Below the pieces are notes generated by a model. That model did no database searches and was not told the DNA's origin. It was given only the letters and a program-made list of their open reading frames with translations. Positions 1 through 8,514 of a stretch of DNA of 64,000 bases are shown here, in pieces (position 1 is the first letter of the stretch; every line of letters starts with the position of its first letter). Source of the stretch: an uncultured Burkholderiaceae bacterium. GTDB lineage: Bacteria > Pseudomonadota > Gammaproteobacteria > Burkholderiales > Burkholderiaceae_B. A program made the translations under genes and the position numbers. The stretch covers positions 44,261 to 108,260 of the forward strand of contig CAWUWI010000006.1 of the NCBI GenBank assembly GCA_963926245.1, read 5' to 3'.

Positions 1-335
1 GCGCCGTGGTGCAGCGTGTGGCTTGCGGCGCTGCTCAAACCATGCCTTATTTGATGGTGACGAATTTGGCACGAACCTTACGCGAACTCAAAGCACTTGG
101 CGTTTGGATTGTGGGTACAGACGAAGAGGCAGAGCAAACCCTTGATACGGTCGATTTGACCATGCCCACGGCGTGGGTGATGGGCGCTGAAGGTGAAGGC
201 ATGCGTCGCTTAACCAGAGAGCTTTGTGATGTATTGGTGCGTATACCAATGAACGGTTCGGTTGAAAGTCTGAATGTGAGCGTGGCGACCGGTGTTTGCT
301 TGTTTGAGTCGGTGCGCCAGCGTGGAAAAAAATAG
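1..335 (+). CDS. rlmB: 23S rRNA (guanosine-2'-O)-methyltransferase RlmB, C-terminal part (5' end off-window)
   Basis: ORF 6..335 stays open to the window edge. SpoU/TrmH C-terminal motifs are present ([28 protein letters not shown]). Confidence 0.8.
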   Translation, partial: AVVQRVACGAAQTMPYLMVTNLARTLRELKALGVWIVGTDEEAEQTLDTVDLTMPTAWVMGAEGEGMRRLTRELCDVLVRIPMNGSVESLNVSVATGVCLFESVRQRGKK

Positions 336-439
336 GCGGCAGCGCGTTAATATTTGATTTGGCTGCGAGCTTGAGCTTGGTCTTAGTGGTGAATGGTGAG
401 CAGTGTCACCCTTAAAATTTTATTTGAGCAACTGAAACA

Positions 440-1681
440 ATGAGTCAGCAAGGATTTACGACCAGTATTTTGCATGCCGACCGCCGCGGTGGAACCGAAC
501 ATGGTGCGGTGCATAAGCCGATACACACTTCTTCCCAGTACGCCTATTCGGATGCGCGCGAACTCGCTGCCGTTTTCCAGGGCAAGCCTGGGTTTTCTTA
601 TGCGCGGCAGGGCACGCCAACCACGGCTGCACTCGAGTCCAAACTCACGAAGATGGAAAACGCTCGCGCTTCGATCGTGTTTTCGACTGGTATGGCGGTG
701 TTAGCGGCCTTGTTCACAACGCTGCTGAAATCAGGCGATCATTTGATTTCGAGTCGCTATATTTTTGGCAACACCAACAGCCTTTTTGGCACGCTCAACG
801 CGCTCGGTATTGAAGTGACATTGGTTGATGCCACTGACGTACAAGCTGTTGCCGATGCCGTGACTGAAAAAACAAAAATGATTTTTGTTGAATCAATAGC
901 CAACCCAGGCACCCAAGTGGCAGATTTGATGGGTATTGGTGAATTAGCTAAAGACAAAGGATTGATTTACGTTCTTGACTCAACACTCACCTCGCCGTAT
1001 CTGCTACAAGGTATGTCGGTTGGTGCCAGTTTTGTGATGCATTCTCTGTCTAAACATATCGCGGGTCACGCACAGGCCCTCGGTGGCGTGTTGATTGACA
1101 CGGGTCTTTTTGACTGGTCGCGTTATGACAACATTTTGCCGATTTATCGAAAAGGCGACAGCGTAGGCTGGGGTTTGACTCAGATTAAGAAAAAAGGACT
1201 TCGAGACATGGGTGCGACGTTAGCGGCTGAACCCGCGCATCGTATTGCCGTCGGTGCTGAGACTTTGGCCTTGCGTTTAGAAAAGGCCTGTCGCAATGCG
1301 CTGACCCTGGCGCAGCATCTAAAGGCGCATCCCTTGGTTCAGGCGGTTTATTACCCTGGGTTGGTCGATCACGCGCAGCATGAAAGGGCTAAAGGATTGT
1401 TTGGCAATCGTTTTGGCACGCTGCTTTCTTTAGAGCCCAAACCGCATGTGGACTGTTTTGAGTTGCTCAATGCCCTAGAAGTGGTGATCTTGGCAACGCA
1501 TGTGGGCGACACCAGGTCCTTGGCGCTGCCAGTTGCCCATACTATTTACCACGAGATGGGTGCAGTGCAGCGCGAGGTGATGGGTATCGCAGACAACCTG
1601 ATCCGTGTCTCAGTGGGCATCGAAGACTGTCAAGATCTCTTGCATGATTTTGACCAAGCTTTCGCCAAATTGACTTTGTAA
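440..1681 (+). CDS. Cys/Met-metabolism PLP-dependent enzyme (O-succinyl/acetyl-homoserine sulfhydrylase / cystathionine gamma-synthase family)
   Basis: 413 aa with an ATG start. N-terminal TxxxH...HG..H.PI..SS motif and a PLP-lysine region HSLSKHIAGH typical of the family. Exact specificity cannot be decided from sequence alone. Confidence 0.75.
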   Translation: MSQQGFTTSILHADRRGGTEHGAVHKPIHTSSQYAYSDARELAAVFQGKPGFSYARQGTPTTAALESKLTKMENARASIVFSTGMAVLAALFTTLLKSGDHLISSRYIFGNTNSLFGTLNALGIEVTLVDATDVQAVADAVTEKTKMIFVESIANPGTQVADLMGIGELAKDKGLIYVLDSTLTSPYLLQGMSVGASFVMHSLSKHIAGHAQALGGVLIDTGLFDWSRYDNILPIYRKGDSVGWGLTQIKKKGLRDMGATLAAEPAHRIAVGAETLALRLEKACRNALTLAQHLKAHPLVQAVYYPGLVDHAQHERAKGLFGNRFGTLLSLEPKPHVDCFELLNALEVVILATHVGDTRSLALPVAHTIYHEMGAVQREVMGIADNLIRVSVGIEDCQDLLHDFDQAFAKLTL

Positions 1682-1829
1682 GACTGTTATTGCATTGCAT
1701 CAAAAAAAATCAGGAATCTTTGGCTTAGGCTATTGCCTCGATTGTAGAAATCCTTTACGAGTTAACCCTGCTATATGGTGGATTTTTGTGCTCAGAGCCA
1801 ATGTTTATGCGGTTTTCAAAGTTTTTTGT

Positions 1830-1858
1830 TTGACAGCTCATATAACTAAAGGTTAAAT
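1830..1858 (+). promoter_or_regulatory. candidate sigma70 promoter of hupB (TTGACA-N17-TTAAAT)
   Basis: Perfect -35 hexamer at 1830-1835, 17-nt spacer, and an A/T-rich -10 at 1853-1858, about 105 nt upstream of the hupB ATG. Confidence 0.35.
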
Positions 1859-1964
1859 AACGTCACGCGATGGTTGAGAATAATAAACATCGCAACCACA
1901 TGCGCGCATCTACTGAATAAAGTGTGCTGAATTTAAACCAAAGAAATAAAAGGGAACTCCTAAC

Positions 1965-2237
1965 ATGAATAAAACCGAATTGATCGAACTCATCGCCGGT
2001 AAGGCTGATATTTCAAAAGCAGCAGCAGGTCGTGCATTAGACGCGTTAATCGGCGGTGTTAAGACCACTCTCAAAAAGGGCGGTACCGTAACTTTGGTTG
2101 GTTTCGGAACGTTTGCAGTGACCGCACGTGCTGCGCGTACGGGCCGTAACCCACGCACTGGTGAGGCCATCAAGATTAAAAAAGCAAAAGTGCCTAAGTT
2201 CCGTCCAGGTAAAGCATTAAAAGACGCCGTTAACTGA
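1965..2237 (+). CDS. hupB: DNA-binding protein HU (beta-type)
   Basis: 90 aa. MNKTELI...[18 protein letters not shown]...VPKF.PGK.LKD is the canonical HU/IHF fold signature. An AAAGGGA ribosome-binding site lies upstream. Confidence 0.92.
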   Translation: MNKTELIELIAGKADISKAAAGRALDALIGGVKTTLKKGGTVTLVGFGTFAVTARAARTGRNPRTGEAIKIKKAKVPKFRPGKALKDAVN

Positions 2238-2260
2238 TTTCAGTTCGCATTTGCAGTCTT

Positions 2261-2293
2261 CTAACGGTTCGCTATAATGCGAACCGTTAGTTT
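2261..2293 (+). terminator. hairpin terminator after hupB
   Basis: Perfect 12-bp stem CTAACGGTTCGC/GCGAACCGTTAG with loop TATAAT, followed by TTT. The U-tract is short. Confidence 0.55.
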
Positions 2294-2369
2294 AATATCC
2301 GTATGTCATTTTTTAGGTTTGACTCTTTTTTTAAGACAACTCGATACTGAATTTATCTTTTTTGATCGT

Positions 2370-2445
2370 GGGTGCTTAGCTCAGCTGGCAGAGCGGCGCC
2401 TTTACACGGCGTAGGTCGGGGGTTCGAACCCCTCAGCACCCACCA
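2370..2445 (+). tRNA. tRNA-Val (anticodon TAC)
   Basis: 76-nt cloverleaf. Acceptor GGGTGCT/AGCACCC, D-arm GCTCAGCTGGCAGAGC, anticodon stem GCGCC/GGCGT with loop TTTACAC, T-loop TTCGAAC, and an encoded CCA. Confidence 0.95.
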
Positions 2446-2448
2446 CGA
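2430..2448 (+). repeat. left copy of 19-nt direct repeat (att-like; tRNA-Val 3' end plus 3 nt)
   Basis: CCCTCAGCACCCACCACGA is identical to 5925..5943. Confidence 0.85.
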
Positions 2449-3084
2449 TCTTGTAAGTTGTTGATGTTTCTTTGAATTTCACCGTTTCCGGCGGGAAGTA
2501 CCGATAGCTAAAGGCGTCGGTTCTTTTTGAGGTGTTTTTTAGAGAAGTCATCATGTTTAAGCCCTTGTATGGTGCGGTTCAAGTGGCCATCGCCAACAAC
2601 CACGGCGCTGACTCTTGCCACTTTAGTCGATTGTCTTTTTTTTGTAGATTTTATCTACCAACGTTGTACTACCACCATCAAGCCCGATGACATTGAGGTC
2701 GCGTTAGTATCTTGGACCCCAAATTTTAGACACGGTTTTGAGCCATTATCCTTGGAGGACGATGGCACGGCAGCAATCAACAAGCGCGAGCTGCAAAGCG
2801 CAGATTTAAAAGCAAATTCCCATCAAACAATAAAAAAGCCGGAATCAGCGATCCCACCGTACCCCCACCCCTGATTGTGTTCGGGACTACTAGCGAACCT
2901 ATGCATTGAGTTTTAGACGAACAGTGAGGGTTTTTGGAGATTGGCTGGTGTTATGCTCACGCACCCGATCTTTTGATGTTGAGCTAGCCCACAAAGTGCC
3001 ACCCATACGCACACAGCTAGAGTCCAGTTAAGAGTTTGAAAGGCGTCAAACTGCGTTTTGAAAAGCGTCTACGAATTTGGGGGA

Positions 3085-3112
3085 TTGCCAATCATCTTGT
3101 TGCTCCTATAAT
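3085..3112 (+). promoter_or_regulatory. candidate sigma70 promoter of the hydrolase pair (TTGCCA-N16-TATAAT)
   Basis: -35 TTGCCA at 3085-3090 and a consensus -10 TATAAT at 3107-3112, 44 nt upstream of the GTG at 3156. Confidence 0.35.
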
Positions 3113-3155
3113 CGCTGTACAAACTCATCAATCCTACACACCAAAATATTAAAAA

Positions 3156-3965
3156 GTGCCAATAGCCGATTTGTCCAGCGTACGAATGCACTACCAACTC
3201 GACGGTCCGCCCGATTCGCAGGTAGTCATGTTGTCGAACAGCCTAATGTCCAACCTCAGTATGTGGGACCCGCAGTTGCCCGCATTGCTTGCAGCGTTTC
3301 GGGTGTTGCGTTACGACACACGTGGCCATGGAGAATCAGAGGTGACAGCTGCGCCTTACAGCATTGAGCAACTTGCCGACGACGCTGCCGAGTTGATCGC
3401 ATTCGCCGGTATTGATGCCGTGCATTTTGTAGGTCTGTCAATGGGCGGCATGATTGGTCAGCAGCTGGCGGTGCGCCATCAGTACAAGGTGCTGTCACTG
3501 TCGCTGTGCGACACCGCCAGCGAGATGCCAACGCCGGCCATGTGGAACGAACGTATCACCACCGCACGCGAGAAGGGAGTTGCCGGTCTAGTTGACGGCA
3601 CTATTAAGCGGTGGTTCGTTGGTGACTTCGTTGCGAACTCGGCTGAAACCGTCGAGGATGTTCGGCGCATGATACTGACCACGCCGCTCGATGGTTATAT
3701 AGGGTGCGCCTCGGCAGTTCGAGATATGTCGCAGACGCACATACTCAAACAGATCAAGGTGCCCACACAGGTGATCGTAGGGCGTGACGACCCAGCCTGT
3801 ACCTTGGCGCAGTCGCAGGTTCTGCAACGCGAGATTACGGGGGCCATCTTGCATGTCATTGACGATGCGGCGCACCTGTCAAACATCGAGAAGCCTGAGC
3901 AATTTACCCGACTGTTGGTGGATTTCATCTCCGTCCATGCGGCAGCCCGGAAGAAGAATCAGTGA
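3156..3965 (+). CDS. alpha/beta-fold hydrolase, 3-oxoadipate enol-lactonase (PcaD)-like
   Basis: 269 aa. RYDTRGHGES, nucleophile elbow GLSMGG, RWF, and C-terminal D..AHLSNIEKPEQF as in PcaD-type lactonases. Start is GTG at 3156, or ATG at 3186. Confidence 0.8.
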   Translation: MPIADLSSVRMHYQLDGPPDSQVVMLSNSLMSNLSMWDPQLPALLAAFRVLRYDTRGHGESEVTAAPYSIEQLADDAAELIAFAGIDAVHFVGLSMGGMIGQQLAVRHQYKVLSLSLCDTASEMPTPAMWNERITTAREKGVAGLVDGTIKRWFVGDFVANSAETVEDVRRMILTTPLDGYIGCASAVRDMSQTHILKQIKVPTQVIVGRDDPACTLAQSQVLQREITGAILHVIDDAAHLSNIEKPEQFTRLLVDFISVHAAARKKNQ

Positions 3966-4867
3966 GTACTGGCGAACCGATAGACATCATGGCGCCGCCG
4001 TGCGCGGCCCCCGATTTTTCACCCCGTCAACCTTCGTTGCGTCTATCCGAAGGTGTCTGTGACTGTCACGCCCATGTTATTGGCCCGCTGGAGCGTTATC
4101 CGCTTTCCGCTGGTCGTGTCTACACACCGGTGGACTGCGTGGCCAAGGACTATCAGCACATGTTATCGCGTGCCGGAGTGCAACGTGCCGTGCTGGTCCA
4201 GCCTAGCATCTACGGATCGGACAACCGGCTGCTGCTCGACACCTTGGCGCTCGATCCGAACAGGTTGCGTGGCGTGGCCGTAGCGAGAGACGACGTGTCG
4301 CCCGAAGAGCTTGCGCGCTGGCACGCGGCCGGTGTACGCGGCTTGCGCATCAACCTCGTGGACCGGCACGATGCCGGTGGGGCGCTACCCGTGGCTATGC
4401 TCCAGGCGCTGGCGCAACGTATCGCGCCGCTGGGCTGGCATCTTGAGTTACTCGCGCATGTTGACGCGTACCCTCATGAACTGTTGGTATTGCAGGATCT
4501 GGCGGTGCCAGTGGTATTCGGGCATCTCGGATATCTGACGATTGGCCGCAGTGTGGACGATGCGGGTTTTCAGGCGCTGTTGCAGCTGCTGACCACCGGC
4601 AATGCTTGGGTTAAGCTCACCGGCCCCTATCGGCTAACGAGAGAGCCTTTGCCGTATGCGCCTTGCGACGATCTGGTTCAGGCTCTAATCGCTACAGCGC
4701 CTGAACGGCTGGTTTGGGGAAGCGACTGGCCTCATGTGATGCTGCGAGGCGCCATGCCCAACGATGCCGACCTCGTTGACCTGATTGGCGGTTGGTTGCC
4801 CGAGCCGACGCAGCGCCAACAAGTTCTGGTTGATAACCCCGCGGTCCTGTACGACTTTACCTACTAA
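3962..4867 (+). CDS. amidohydrolase-2 family metal-dependent hydrolase (LigI / 2-pyrone-4,6-dicarboxylate lactonase-like, COG3618)
   Basis: 301 aa. CDCHAHV (HxH metal motif), VLVQPS.YG.DN, GN.WVKL.G.YR and WGSDWPH. The start overlaps the upstream stop by 4 nt (GTGA). Confidence 0.8.
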   Translation: MSTGEPIDIMAPPCAAPDFSPRQPSLRLSEGVCDCHAHVIGPLERYPLSAGRVYTPVDCVAKDYQHMLSRAGVQRAVLVQPSIYGSDNRLLLDTLALDPNRLRGVAVARDDVSPEELARWHAAGVRGLRINLVDRHDAGGALPVAMLQALAQRIAPLGWHLELLAHVDAYPHELLVLQDLAVPVVFGHLGYLTIGRSVDDAGFQALLQLLTTGNAWVKLTGPYRLTREPLPYAPCDDLVQALIATAPERLVWGSDWPHVMLRGAMPNDADLVDLIGGWLPEPTQRQQVLVDNPAVLYDFTY

Positions 4868-5227
4868 TTGCTATTCATCACCATCACCGTGATTTCATGA
4901 GCAACTGTTGTGTCGGCCCTGGCAACCTGTGACCACGCGGTAGTTGAGGCACATGACGTAGACACCTCAGACGAGCAATCGGACGATCATCGTGTGCAGC
5001 CCTACGGAAAGTTTGTTGAGATAACGCACGACTCAAATTTTTCAGGCTTTGTTTCGAGCAACGGACACCTCACAACAGTGACTGTAAAAAAAGGTGGCAT
5101 TGTTAAGCGAGGGTAGGTGAGGGGTGCTATTGGCACGACATGAGCCAAAGGGCCAATGCAAAATATCCCTGATGTGCATTTAGAGTTTTAACTTCGCGCC
5201 CGTTTCGTATTTTTGGGCTCACCTAGG

Positions 5228-5752
5228 TTAGCCGACAGCCGATCGTTCGTGATCCTCGGCTTGCTCAAGTGCGTTGAGCAGCAATTGGAGTGCGGCTTTC
5301 GCAAACGCGCGCATGTTTTCGGTGCGCTCTGAACGGGCGGTTTCAAGCGTCATCGTGCAGTCGAGCTTGACATTCTTTGCGTAACTGATAGCGAGGCATG
5401 TGTGCCCAGGCGCATCGCCGTAGCGGTTACCCGAGGGACCACTTGCGCCACTTTCCGCCAAACCCCAATCTGCGTTTGCCCTTTCTCTTGTGCGCTGGGA
5501 GAGCAGTGAGGCGTAGGGTTCTGAGGAAGAGCGATAGCGGGCCATTTCTTGATCTTCGATGCTAGTCAGGGTGGTCCGTGCGTGGTGGGTGTAAATCACA
5601 GCACCGGAAATGTAGTAGCGCGATGCACCTTCGATCGAGAGTAGCGCTGCAGAGATAAGTCCACCGGCCGATGATTCGGCGACGGCAATGGTTTCCTTAC
5701 GGGCTTTCAGTCGCACTGCGATTTGCCGTGCGATGGGAGTGAGTGTGTCCAT
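5228..5752 (-). CDS. CinA C-terminal domain / PncC-like nicotinamide-nucleotide amidohydrolase
   Basis: 174 aa. The pattern AVAESSAGGL...SGAVIYT...SEP...SGASGPSG...PG matches the stand-alone CinA/PncC domain. Confidence 0.8.
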   Translation of the reverse strand: MDTLTPIARQIAVRLKARKETIAVAESSAGGLISAALLSIEGASRYYISGAVIYTHHARTTLTSIEDQEMARYRSSSEPYASLLSQRTRERANADWGLAESGASGPSGNRYGDAPGHTCLAISYAKNVKLDCTMTLETARSERTENMRAFAKAALQLLLNALEQAEDHERSAVG

Positions 5753-5924
5753 TTTGATGACCTCAGTGTCGGTTTTCCCATCTTAGCAACGATTCGCACT
5801 TCAAAATATTGGTGGATTCAAGTACGAAGTGCAACTTTGATTAATCAGGTGGGTTCGCCACTCTCGCGCACATCACTCGCAAAACCTCCGACCTGGTCAG
5901 TCAGGCCATCATCACAAGCCTGAT

Positions 5925-5943
5925 CCCTCAGCACCCACCACGA
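5925..5943 (+). repeat. right copy of 19-nt direct repeat (att-like)
   Basis: CCCTCAGCACCCACCACGA is identical to the tRNA-Val 3' end at 2430..2448. Confidence 0.85.
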
Positions 5944-6046
5944 CCCATCCCAACAAACCCCAACATTGCTATCACGGACCAAGCACAGGCCATGACCTTT
6001 GGCCTGTGGCACAATTCGGCGTACTTTTTTTCTTATTGAGTAGCCC

Positions 6047-8452
6047 ATGCCTGATTCTGAATACATTTCTTACTCGACGCGATCGGCTAGCGCCATAGAG
6101 CAATGCCTGCAGCAAAAATTGGCCACTGAGCTTAGTATTGCCGCAAAGCAAGTCGCTGTCACCATGGGTCTTCTGGCTGATGGTGCAACGGTGCCCTTTA
6201 TTGCACGCTATCGCAAAGAAATGACCGGTGGTTTAGATGATGTGGTGTTGCGCCAGCTAGAAGAGCGCTTGGGTTACTTGAAAGAGCTTGAAGCCCGAAG
6301 AGACGTTATCTTATCGTCGGTTGCGGACCAGGGTAAGTTGACCCCAGCCTTGGCACAGGCCATCACGCAGGCTGACAGCAAGCAACGCCTTGAGGACTTG
6401 TATGTGCCCTACAAGCCCAAGCGCCGCACGCGTGCTCAAATCGCTCGAGAGGCAGGTCTAGAGCCCTTGGCTGTGGCTTTAATGGGTGGTAATGCGGCAA
6501 TTGTTCCTGAATCGCTCGCCCAAGCCTATGTCAACGCTGACCTTGGGGTCGCTGATACGAAAGCGGCCTTGGATGGTGCCCGCGATATTTTGACTGAACA
6601 GTTTGCGGAAAACGCCGACTTGGTCGCACACCTGCGAGAAATGGTTTGGTCTCGCGGCTTTTTGTATGCGCGGGTGGTTGCCGGTAAAGAACAAGAGGGC
6701 TCAAACTTCAGAGACTGGTTCGCGTTTCAGGAACCCTTGCGTCAAATCCCGTCGCATCGCATGCTCGCGCTGCTGCGTGGCCGCCAACAAGGTATTCTTG
6801 ACCTTAGGGTAGGGCTGTCACCCGACGAAGACATGGTTTTGCCGCACCCTTGCACCCGTGCTATCGCGCATTGCGTGGGTTTGCCTGAATCGATATTTGA
6901 AGCCAACACTGACGAAAGAGCACGCTGGCTCGCTGACGTCTGTCGCTGGGCTTGGCGTGTCAAGTTATTGCTAGCTTTTGAAATCGAAATGATTACCCGC
7001 CTTCGCGAAAGTGCGGAGTCTGAAGCGATCCGAGTTTTTGCGGCTAACTTAAAGGATTTGTTGTTGGCGCCACCTGCTGGTGCGAAATCAGTGCTTGGTT
7101 TGGACCCTGGTATTCGGACTGGCGTCAAAGTGGCTGTGATTGATCACACCGGCAAGGTGGTTGAGACAACCACGATCTACCCGTTCGAACCCCGACGAGA
7201 TGTGGCGGGCAGCATGGCGACCTTGGCTAGAATCGCCAAAACTCATCAAGTCGAGTTGGTTGCTATCGGTAACGGAACCGCGTCTCGGGAAACAGAAAAA
7301 CTTGTGGCAGAGCTCATGAAAGCAAACTCAGCGCTCGCGCTAACCAAAGTGGTGGTGTCAGAAGCCGGGGCTTCTGTTTATTCTGCTTCGGCGCTCGCAT
7401 CAGAGGAGTTCCCTGATCTTGACGTGAGCTTGCGCGGTGCGGTTTCAATTGCGCGCCGCTTACAAGACCCGCTCGCTGAGCTCGTGAAGATCGAACCCAA
7501 AGCCATTGGCGTGGGCCAGTATCAGCACGATGTCAACCAACGGCAATTGAGTCACGGCTTGCAGGCGGTGATTGAAGATTGCGTGAATGCGGTTGGTGTT
7601 GATGTGAACACAGCCTCCGTGCCGCTACTGACCAACGTATCTGGTCTTAACAGCGGCTTGGCCAAAAATATCGTTTCGTATCGTGATTTGAACGGTGCTT
7701 TCAAGTCACGCCGTGCTTTGATGGGAGTACCACGGTTTGGTGAAAAAGCATTTGAACAAGCGGCTGGTTTTTTGCGAATTCAAGGCGGTGAAAATCCCTT
7801 AGATGCATCGGCTGTGCATCCTGAAGCCTACCCCGTTGTGCAAAAGATTTTGGCGCAGGTAGCAGCTGATCTCAATACTGTCATGGGAAACCGACAGGCG
7901 TTACAGGGCTTGTCGCCAGCGAATTTTACCGATGAGCGTTTTGGTTTGCCGACGGTTAAAGATATCCTAAACGAACTAGAAAAGCCGGGTCGCGACCCTC
8001 GTCCCGAATTCAAGACAGCGACCTTTGATGAGCACGTCCAATCAATGTCGGACTTGCAGGTCGGTATGGTTTTGGAAGGTGTGGTGACGAATGTGGCTAA
8101 CTTTGGGGCGTTTGTGGACATCGGCTTGCATCAGGACGGCTTGATTCATATTTCAGCCTTGGCCAACGTTTATGTGAAAGATCCGCGCGATGTGGTGCGC
8201 ACCGGTCAAATGGTTACGGTCAAGGTGGTTGAAGTCGATCAAGCTCGCAAGCGAATTGCGCTCACCATGCGTCTAGATGATGATGTCATGGCTCGTCAGG
8301 CACCACGTGGCAGTGCAGAGAGGTCGGGACAGGCTGGCCACCCTGGACGGGCCGTCCAAAAGCCGGTGCGTCAAGCTGCAGTGCCCCGCAAAAGTCCCGC
8401 ATCGACAGGGGCAATGGCTGATGCCTTTGCCAAGCTTAAGCGCCGTGGTTAA
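6047..8452 (+). CDS. tex: transcription accessory protein Tex (S1 RNA-binding domain protein)
   Basis: 801 aa. N-terminal VPFIARYRKE.TGGLDD, YqgF/HhH middle region, and a C-terminal S1 domain (GMVLEGVVTNVANFGAFVDIG). Confidence 0.9.
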   Translation: MPDSEYISYSTRSASAIEQCLQQKLATELSIAAKQVAVTMGLLADGATVPFIARYRKEMTGGLDDVVLRQLEERLGYLKELEARRDVILSSVADQGKLTPALAQAITQADSKQRLEDLYVPYKPKRRTRAQIAREAGLEPLAVALMGGNAAIVPESLAQAYVNADLGVADTKAALDGARDILTEQFAENADLVAHLREMVWSRGFLYARVVAGKEQEGSNFRDWFAFQEPLRQIPSHRMLALLRGRQQGILDLRVGLSPDEDMVLPHPCTRAIAHCVGLPESIFEANTDERARWLADVCRWAWRVKLLLAFEIEMITRLRESAESEAIRVFAANLKDLLLAPPAGAKSVLGLDPGIRTGVKVAVIDHTGKVVETTTIYPFEPRRDVAGSMATLARIAKTHQVELVAIGNGTASRETEKLVAELMKANSALALTKVVVSEAGASVYSASALASEEFPDLDVSLRGAVSIARRLQDPLAELVKIEPKAIGVGQYQHDVNQRQLSHGLQAVIEDCVNAVGVDVNTASVPLLTNVSGLNSGLAKNIVSYRDLNGAFKSRRALMGVPRFGEKAFEQAAGFLRIQGGENPLDASAVHPEAYPVVQKILAQVAADLNTVMGNRQALQGLSPANFTDERFGLPTVKDILNELEKPGRDPRPEFKTATFDEHVQSMSDLQVGMVLEGVVTNVANFGAFVDIGLHQDGLIHISALANVYVKDPRDVVRTGQMVTVKVVEVDQARKRIALTMRLDDDVMARQAPRGSAERSGQAGHPGRAVQKPVRQAAVPRKSPASTGAMADAFAKLKRRG

Positions 8453-8477
8453 TGCCTGAATGGTTCTAGCCGGTTAG

Positions 8478-8509
8478 CCACGTCACTGCCGGGCTTGACA
8501 GTGACGTGG
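8478..8509. terminator. hairpin between convergent tex and argG (possible bidirectional terminator)
   Basis: Perfect 11-bp stem CCACGTCACTG/CAGTGACGTGG with a 10-nt loop. No flanking T-tract on either strand. Confidence 0.4.
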
Positions 8510-8514
8510 TGTGC

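Larger units (their letters stand above)
2430..5943. mobile_element. about 3.5-kb integrase-less genomic islet inserted at tRNA-Val
   Basis: Bounded by an exact 19-nt direct repeat that includes the tRNA 3' end. The cargo genes look GC-richer than the flanks: spot counts of 60-nt lines give 60-72% in the amidohydrolase versus 45-55% in tex, clpA, clpP and lon. No integrase or transposase ORF is present. Confidence 0.55.

Noticed and set aside
336-439. Possible SAM-type riboswitch upstream of the Cys/Met PLP enzyme
   Set aside because: The leader is 104 nt and I could not recognise any SAM-II, SAM-SAH or other conserved riboswitch core by eye. A covariance-model scan would be needed.
2527-2874. 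115-aa ORF just downstream of tRNA-Val
   Set aside because: It has a TTG start, no SD sequence, odd composition and an internal T8 run, and I recognise no family. It is treated as probably non-coding (see the finding on the coding desert) rather than annotated as a CDS.
4910-5116. 68-aa acidic ORF between the amidohydrolase and the CinA-like gene
   Set aside because: It has a GTG start, no ribosome-binding site and no recognisable motif, and lies in the convergent-gene spacer. It is most likely spurious.
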